From Omnitrophica WOR_2 bacterium RIFOXYA2_FULL_38_17 (GTDB lineage Bacteria > Omnitrophota > Gorgyraeia > Zapsychrales > Zapsychraceae), in the NCBI GenBank assembly GCA_001805965.1, contig MHHG01000006.1, positions 3,741-67,740 of the forward strand: DNA of 64,000 nt, in the 5' to 3' direction. Made by a program: the position numbers and the translations under genes. The notes under the pieces are model-generated. The model was not told the origin of the DNA, did not search any database, and was given only the letters and a program-made list of their open reading frames with translations. Below, one piece after another: positions 58,791 to 64,000 of this stretch. Positions within the stretch are counted from its first letter, which is position 1, and every line of letters starts with the position of its first letter.

Positions 58791-59735
58791 ATGTCTCAAC
58801 TAACTTTAGAACAAGCAAAGGATGAGATGACGGAATCTTACGGAGTGAAATCTATACATGTTCCGGTGATGCTCCAGGAGGTTATGGAATACCTGAGGCC
58901 TCGGGAGGGCAATATTTTTCTCGACGGGACGATAGGCTTGGGTGGGCACGCTGAAAGCATCCTCGAGGCTATCGGTGAAAAAGGCCGTTTAATTGGCATT
59001 GACCGTGACCAGAATGCGCTTAGCCTTGCCGAGAAAAGATTGGAGAAGTACGCAAAGCAGTGTAATTTTATTTACGGGAATTTTAGGGATTTTGACAATA
59101 TCTCTAAAGATCTCGGTATAAGGAACCTCGATGGTATTTTGTTGGACGTAGGCGTTTCAAGCCTGCAGCTAGATAATCCTGACCGCGGATTTAACATAAG
59201 GTCCGAGGGCCCGCTTGATATGCGAATGGACCAGAACGGGCAAATATCCGCATATGATCTTGTTAATTCATTATCCGAGAACGAGATTGCTACTATATTA
59301 AAGGATTTTGGTGAAGAGCGGTTCGCTTTCCGTATTGCCAGGGTTATAGTGGAAAACAGGCATAAAAAGCCAATAGAATCTACCAGAGAGCTGCGGCATC
59401 TGATAATGCGCGCAATGCCTTACAGGAAAAAAAGGGAAAAGATACACCCTGCTACAAGGAGTTTTCAGGCTTTCAGGATCGCGGTTAACAGGGAACTTGA
59501 AGCGCTTGATAAAGCCCTGGATAAGTGTGTGGATATGTTAAAGCCTTCAGGCAGGATCGGAGTGATATGTTTTCATTCTCTGGAAGACAGGATAGTTAAG
59601 GTTAAATTCAGGGATTTTGCAAAAGAAGGAAAATTAAGATTAATTGTGAAAAAACCATTACGGCCTTCAGAAAAAGAGATGGATTTGAACCCTCGTTGCC
59701 GAAGCGCGCGTTTAAGGATCGCCGAAAGGATATAA
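58791..59735 (+). CDS. rsmH: 16S rRNA (cytosine1402-N4)-methyltransferase
   Basis: 314 aa. RsmH/MraW family (DGTIGLGGHA; SAM-binding motifs). Confidence 0.95.
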   Translation: MSQLTLEQAKDEMTESYGVKSIHVPVMLQEVMEYLRPREGNIFLDGTIGLGGHAESILEAIGEKGRLIGIDRDQNALSLAEKRLEKYAKQCNFIYGNFRDFDNISKDLGIRNLDGILLDVGVSSLQLDNPDRGFNIRSEGPLDMRMDQNGQISAYDLVNSLSENEIATILKDFGEERFAFRIARVIVENRHKKPIESTRELRHLIMRAMPYRKKREKIHPATRSFQAFRIAVNRELEALDKALDKCVDMLKPSGRIGVICFHSLEDRIVKVKFRDFAKEGKLRLIVKKPLRPSEKEMDLNPRCRSARLRIAERI

Positions 59736-60116
59736 ATGAGACTCGCAAAGCTTATAAAATTCATGTGTCTTATGACAGTACTGGCATTGATATACATTCA
59801 TATACAAATGCAGATCACAGACTTTGCTTATCAGGGAATAAAAAAGGATGGGCGCATCAAAGAATTAATAGAAGAGAACGGAAATATTACTTACGCAGTA
59901 TCTACCTTAAAGTCGGCAAATTATTTAGGATTGAAAATGTTTAATGAAAATTCTGATATGCAGTATATAGATCAGGATAATATTGAGCAGATCTCGACAT
60001 CTGAAGAACTTGATGACGTGAAAATTGCAGTTAAGAAAGCTGGCTTTAATAAAGTCCCCGATCAATTATTAAGCCTTTTGTCTTTCGGTTCCCAGGCTGA
60101 GGCAAAACAGCGATAA
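59736..60116 (+). CDS. ftsL: FtsL-like cell division membrane protein
   Basis: 126 aa. Single N-terminal TM (LIKFMCLMTVLALIYIHI). Located between rsmH and ftsI. Its start abuts the rsmH stop. Confidence 0.45.
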   Translation: MRLAKLIKFMCLMTVLALIYIHIQMQITDFAYQGIKKDGRIKELIEENGNITYAVSTLKSANYLGLKMFNENSDMQYIDQDNIEQISTSEELDDVKIAVKKAGFNKVPDQLLSLLSFGSQAEAKQR

Positions 60117-60196
60117 CCTATGAGCCAAAACAGATTTGGAAGCAACCTCCAGTACGATTTTAATCAAGCAGATAAAATATTTAGAGTTTAAGAAAA

Positions 60197-61873
60197 GTGC
60201 AAATTAGAAAACACGTCCTACGATTCAGTATCACTTATTTGATCCTTATCGTCTGTCTTTTCACATTTTTGATCAAGCTTATATTTATACAGGTATTTAA
60301 TTCGTCACATTTGACAGGGCTCGCTGAAAAGCAGCAAAAACACCTTGTTGAAATTGAAGCAGTTCGGGGAAGTATTTTTGACAGGAATATGCGCCCTTTG
60401 GCTTTTAACGTCGCTGTTCATTCCCTTTTTGTGAACCCAAAAGCTATGACAAAAGAGAATAAGTTGCGGGTAGAACAAGAGCTTTCGGCGCTGCTTAATG
60501 TGGAGCCTTCCTATATAAGCGATCGGTTAAGCAAGAATAAATATTTTGTCTGGCTAAAAAGGAAGATGCCTGCAGAAATGGTCGAGAAGGTCAAAGCGCT
60601 GAAAATAAAAGGGCTTAATTTCAGGAAGGAAAGCAAGAGATATTATCCTAACGGAAGATTGGGCGCTCATATCATAGGGTTTGCCGGAGTTGACAACGAG
60701 GGGCTTGAGGGTCTCGAGCTTTATTATAATAAAGAGCTAAAAGGTAAACCGGGCGAAGTGCGGATCTTGAGGGATGCAAAACAAAGAGAGCTCATGATAG
60801 AAAGCAGTTTTGTCCCGCCTTTGGACGGTTTTAATTTAGTCCTGACCATTGATGAAACGATTCAGTATATTTCAGAGAAGGCACTTGAAAGTATGTTCCT
60901 GAAATATAAGGCGAGATCCGGCAGCGTTATCGTTATGGATATCAGGACGGGGGAGATCCTTGCGCTTGCAAATCTGCCTACATATGATCTTGGAAAAGTC
61001 GCCGATAGCAGCTCTGAAAGCAGGACTAACAGGGCAATAAGTTACCTTTATGAGCCGGGCTCTGTATTTAAGATAGTCACTGCAGCCGCAGCCCTTGAAG
61101 AGGAAAAGTACGACGAAAAAAATGTTATATTCTGTGAGAACGGCAAATACAGGGTTTCCAGGAACATACTGACCGACCACACCCCTCACGGAAAACTTAC
61201 TTTCTCGGAAGTCTTTGAAGTGTCCAGCAACATCGGGGTCGTTAAGATAGCCCAGAAGCTTGGTGCTGCAACTATTTATAAATATGCAAACAAGTTCCGC
61301 TTCGGCAAGATGACGGGCATTAACCTTAAAGGGGAAGTTGGAGGATGGCTGAAAAAACCTTCGATCTGGTCGAAGACCTCTATAGGCGCGATACCGATAG
61401 GATATGAGGTCACGGTCACTCCTTTGCAGCTGATTTGTGCCCTTTCAAGTATTGCGAATGATGGCGTGTATATGAAGCCTTTTGTGGTAAAATATATAAA
61501 AGATAATCAGGATCAGGTCATTCAGTCATTCAGCCCTCAAGTTGTGGACCGTATCATTAGTATAGACACGGCAAGAAGGATAAAAAAGATACTTGTTCAG
61601 GTCGTTGAAAAGGGTACTGCAAAAAAAGCAAAAATAAAGGGAATGGAAGTTGCTGGAAAAACAGGGACTGCAAGAAAAGTGATTGATGGTAGGTATGCTC
61701 AGGGTAAGTATTATGCTACTTTTATGGGGTTTGCCCCGGCAGACGAGCCAAGGATCGCTGCGATAGCTGTTATTGATGAGCCTCATCAAAGTTATTTTGG
61801 CGGTACTGTTGCAGCTCCGGTCGTAAAAGAGATCTTAGAGAATTCATTAAAATATTTAGCAAGTTCGGAGTAA
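60197..61873 (+). CDS. ftsI: peptidoglycan D,D-transpeptidase FtsI (class B PBP)
   Basis: GTG start. N-terminal TM, PBP dimerisation domain, transpeptidase motifs SVFK, SSN, KTGT. 558 aa. Confidence 0.88.
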   Translation: MQIRKHVLRFSITYLILIVCLFTFLIKLIFIQVFNSSHLTGLAEKQQKHLVEIEAVRGSIFDRNMRPLAFNVAVHSLFVNPKAMTKENKLRVEQELSALLNVEPSYISDRLSKNKYFVWLKRKMPAEMVEKVKALKIKGLNFRKESKRYYPNGRLGAHIIGFAGVDNEGLEGLELYYNKELKGKPGEVRILRDAKQRELMIESSFVPPLDGFNLVLTIDETIQYISEKALESMFLKYKARSGSVIVMDIRTGEILALANLPTYDLGKVADSSSESRTNRAISYLYEPGSVFKIVTAAAALEEEKYDEKNVIFCENGKYRVSRNILTDHTPHGKLTFSEVFEVSSNIGVVKIAQKLGAATIYKYANKFRFGKMTGINLKGEVGGWLKKPSIWSKTSIGAIPIGYEVTVTPLQLICALSSIANDGVYMKPFVVKYIKDNQDQVIQSFSPQVVDRIISIDTARRIKKILVQVVEKGTAKKAKIKGMEVAGKTGTARKVIDGRYAQGKYYATFMGFAPADEPRIAAIAVIDEPHQSYFGGTVAAPVVKEILENSLKYLASSE

Positions 61874-61880
61874 ACAAAAA

Positions 61881-63347
61881 ATGCTTTTAAAAGACCTACT
61901 AAAAGACATAGTTGATATTGATGTATTAAACAAATACCAGGATATCGAGATAAGATCTGTTTGCTGCGATACCAGGAACATTGAAGAAGATTCGATGTTC
62001 ATTGCACTTAAGGGCAGCAAGTATGATGGAGCGGATTATTCTCTTGAGGCTGTTGCTAAAGGGGCCAGCGTTGTTGTAATGAACAAAAGCACGATGCCTT
62101 CTAAGACATTTGACAGTGGGTGTTATGTTTATGTTGACGATACCAATAAGATATTAAAGATAGTAGCTGAAAGATTTTATGATAACCCTTCCAAGAGGAT
62201 CAAAACAATTGGAATTACCGGGACAAACGGAAAAACGACTATTTCATATTTAATAGAGTCTATATTAACGGCTTCCGGGAAAAAATGCGGGGTTATCGGG
62301 ACAATAAATTACAGGTTCGCTGGCAAAGAAATGCCTGCGGTCAATACGACTCCAGGCATATTAGATAACCAGAAGCTGTTATCTGAAATGGTCGAGGAAA
62401 AGCTTGATTATTGCATAATGGAGGTTTCCTCGCACGCTCTGTCACAGGGAAGGGTCGACCTGATAAATTTCCATGCCGCGGTCTTTACAAATCTGACGAA
62501 CGAACATCTTGATTATCACATAACTAAAGAGAATTATTTTGAGGCTAAAGCGAAACTGTTTCAGGGCCTTTTGTCGGACAAGACTTCTGCCGTGAATATT
62601 GACGATGAATTTGGGGAAAAGCTTGTTTTGATGACGCAATCCAGGGTATTGACCTATGGCATCGAGCATAACGCGGACCTTAGGGCTATTGATATCAAGC
62701 TTGGACAGGATAAGACCAGATTCAAGATAAAATATGAACTAATGGACATACCTATAAGAACAAGCCTGATAGGAATGCATAATGTGCAAAATATTCTAGC
62801 TGCTGCTGCAATTTGCCTGAGCGAGGGCGTTAGCTCGGCCGCGGTTAAGCAAGGGATAGAGAATTTAAAAGTGGTCCCCGGAAGATTGGAGAAAATAGAT
62901 TATGGGCAGGGTTTTGATGTTTTCATTGATTATGCCCATACACAAGACGCTTTGGAAAGAGTGCTTGATTCTTTAAAGATTATTAACGGTTCACGCTTGA
63001 TAGTTGTCTTTGGATGCGGCGGCGACAGGGACAGGCAAAAGAGATCGGAGATGGGAGAGGTTGCCTCCCGCTGCGCGGATTTTTCAATAATCACGACAGA
63101 TAATCCAAGGGGGGAAGACCCCAAGGCGATCGTGCACCAGATACTTAACGGGTTTAAGGGCGACAATTATATAGTCGAGATAGACAGGAAAGAAGCGATA
63201 AAGAAAGCCCTTAAGATGGCAGAGCCGGGGGATATTGTGCTTCTTGCAGGAAAGGGCCACGAGCTGTACCAGATAGTCAAAAATCAGAAAATTGAGTTTG
63301 ATGAACATAAAATAATTTCCGAGCTTCTATATGATAACAATAAATGA
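61881..63347 (+). CDS. murE: UDP-N-acetylmuramoyl-L-alanyl-D-glutamate--2,6-diaminopimelate (or L-lysine) ligase
   Basis: Mur ligase P-loop GITGTNGKTT. 488 aa. dcw synteny. Confidence 0.9.
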   Translation: MLLKDLLKDIVDIDVLNKYQDIEIRSVCCDTRNIEEDSMFIALKGSKYDGADYSLEAVAKGASVVVMNKSTMPSKTFDSGCYVYVDDTNKILKIVAERFYDNPSKRIKTIGITGTNGKTTISYLIESILTASGKKCGVIGTINYRFAGKEMPAVNTTPGILDNQKLLSEMVEEKLDYCIMEVSSHALSQGRVDLINFHAAVFTNLTNEHLDYHITKENYFEAKAKLFQGLLSDKTSAVNIDDEFGEKLVLMTQSRVLTYGIEHNADLRAIDIKLGQDKTRFKIKYELMDIPIRTSLIGMHNVQNILAAAAICLSEGVSSAAVKQGIENLKVVPGRLEKIDYGQGFDVFIDYAHTQDALERVLDSLKIINGSRLIVVFGCGGDRDRQKRSEMGEVASRCADFSIITTDNPRGEDPKAIVHQILNGFKGDNYIVEIDRKEAIKKALKMAEPGDIVLLAGKGHELYQIVKNQKIEFDEHKIISELLYDNNK

Positions 63348-64000
63348 GATAGTCAAGGCCACTTCAGGCAAATTGGTTAGGGGTGTCGCCGGCAAAAAAA
63401 CCTTTAGGATATCTATTGATTCAAGGACCATTGAGCCGGGCGAAGTTTTTGTCGCGGTCAGGGGTAAGAACTTTGACGGCCATAAATTCGTTTATGACGC
63501 TATCATAAAAGGTGCCGCCGCTATTGTCTCCTCAAAGAAGATAATGTGGATCCCTTCGAACTTTAAGGGGAAAACCCCTCCGGAAACCCCTGTCATAAAA
63601 GTCAATGATACCAACAAGGCCCTGGCTGATATTGCGGGCTTCTACCGCCGGAAATTTGATATTCCGGTCATTGCGATAACCGGAAGTGTCGGCAAGACAA
63701 GCACAAAAGAGATAGCGGCAAATGTCCTTATGACAAAGTATCCTGTTCTTAAGAATACAAGGACAGAGAATAATCTGTTCGGGGTCTCTCTGACCTTGCT
63801 GAACCTTAATAAGAGCCATAAAGCCGCAGTTATTGAACTGGGCACCAATCATTTTGGTGAAATTGCCGTCCTGTCAAAGATAGCAAGGCCTACTATTGCG
63901 GTATTTACTAACATTGGTGAATCTCATCTGCAGCATTTTAAGACTCCTGCAGGGGTCTTTAGGGAAAAGTTCAATATAGTTAAGTATATGGACAAGAACG
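63331..64000 (+). CDS. murF: UDP-N-acetylmuramoyl-tripeptide--D-alanyl-D-alanine ligase, 5' partial (continues beyond window)
   Basis: ATG at 63331 overlaps the murE end in another frame. It reads MITINEIVKATSGKLVRGV...ITGSVGKTSTKE (Mur ligase P-loop). Not in the ORF track because the window ends before any stop. Confidence 0.8.
   Translation, partial: MITINEIVKATSGKLVRGVAGKKTFRISIDSRTIEPGEVFVAVRGKNFDGHKFVYDAIIKGAAAIVSSKKIMWIPSNFKGKTPPETPVIKVNDTNKALADIAGFYRRKFDIPVIAITGSVGKTSTKEIAANVLMTKYPVLKNTRTENNLFGVSLTLLNLNKSHKAAVIELGTNHFGEIAVLSKIARPTIAVFTNIGESHLQHFKTPAGVFREKFNIVKYMDKN

Overview
This is an AT-rich bacterial chromosomal segment with almost all genes on the + strand. I found no rRNA, no CRISPR array and no transposase or phage genes; the only recombinase is a chromosomal-type XerC/D enzyme.

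Recognisable housekeeping content:
- nfnAB-like electron-transfer pair, panB, glyQS, ppdK, a short RpoD-family sigma factor, apt, tRNA-Arg(CCT)
- rpsO-pnp, ftsK, a rodZ-like gene, rimO, pgsA-pgpA
- a rearranged riboflavin cluster (ribBA-ribH-nusB-PHP-ribD-ribE), then fabZ
- tRNA-Pro(CGG), acyP, ligA, xerD, cca, rbfA-nrnA-truB-ribF
- a large PAS histidine kinase
- the start of the dcw cluster (mraZ-rsmH-ftsL-ftsI-murE-murF; murF runs off the window end)

Between these lie several lineage-specific modules:
- an envelope acylation cluster (LpxL-family acyltransferase + MBOAT + SGNH partner)
- a ParA/MinD-type ATPase fused to a CBM48/AMPK-beta glycogen-binding domain, next to a membrane protein with a basic N-terminal tail
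- a histone-H1-like lysine-rich protein fused to a translation-factor-type beta-barrel
- an orphan Flp-type pilin
- a lipid-carrier glycosylation operon (methyltransferase-GT2 fusion, GT-C membrane glycosyltransferase, two tandem paralogous 3-TM proteins), divergent from a 1183-aa protein with a Sec-type signal peptide, four tandem receiver domains and no output domain
- a membrane-anchored B12-binding radical SAM enzyme downstream of a PilZ protein

Regulatory elements I could read directly include near-consensus sigma70 promoters for rpsO and mraZ, MraZ-box-like GTGG repeats, several rho-independent terminators and an operator-like repeat set upstream of the sigma factor gene. Phylum cannot be assigned from sequence alone; the gene content is compatible with an anaerobic uncultivated lineage.
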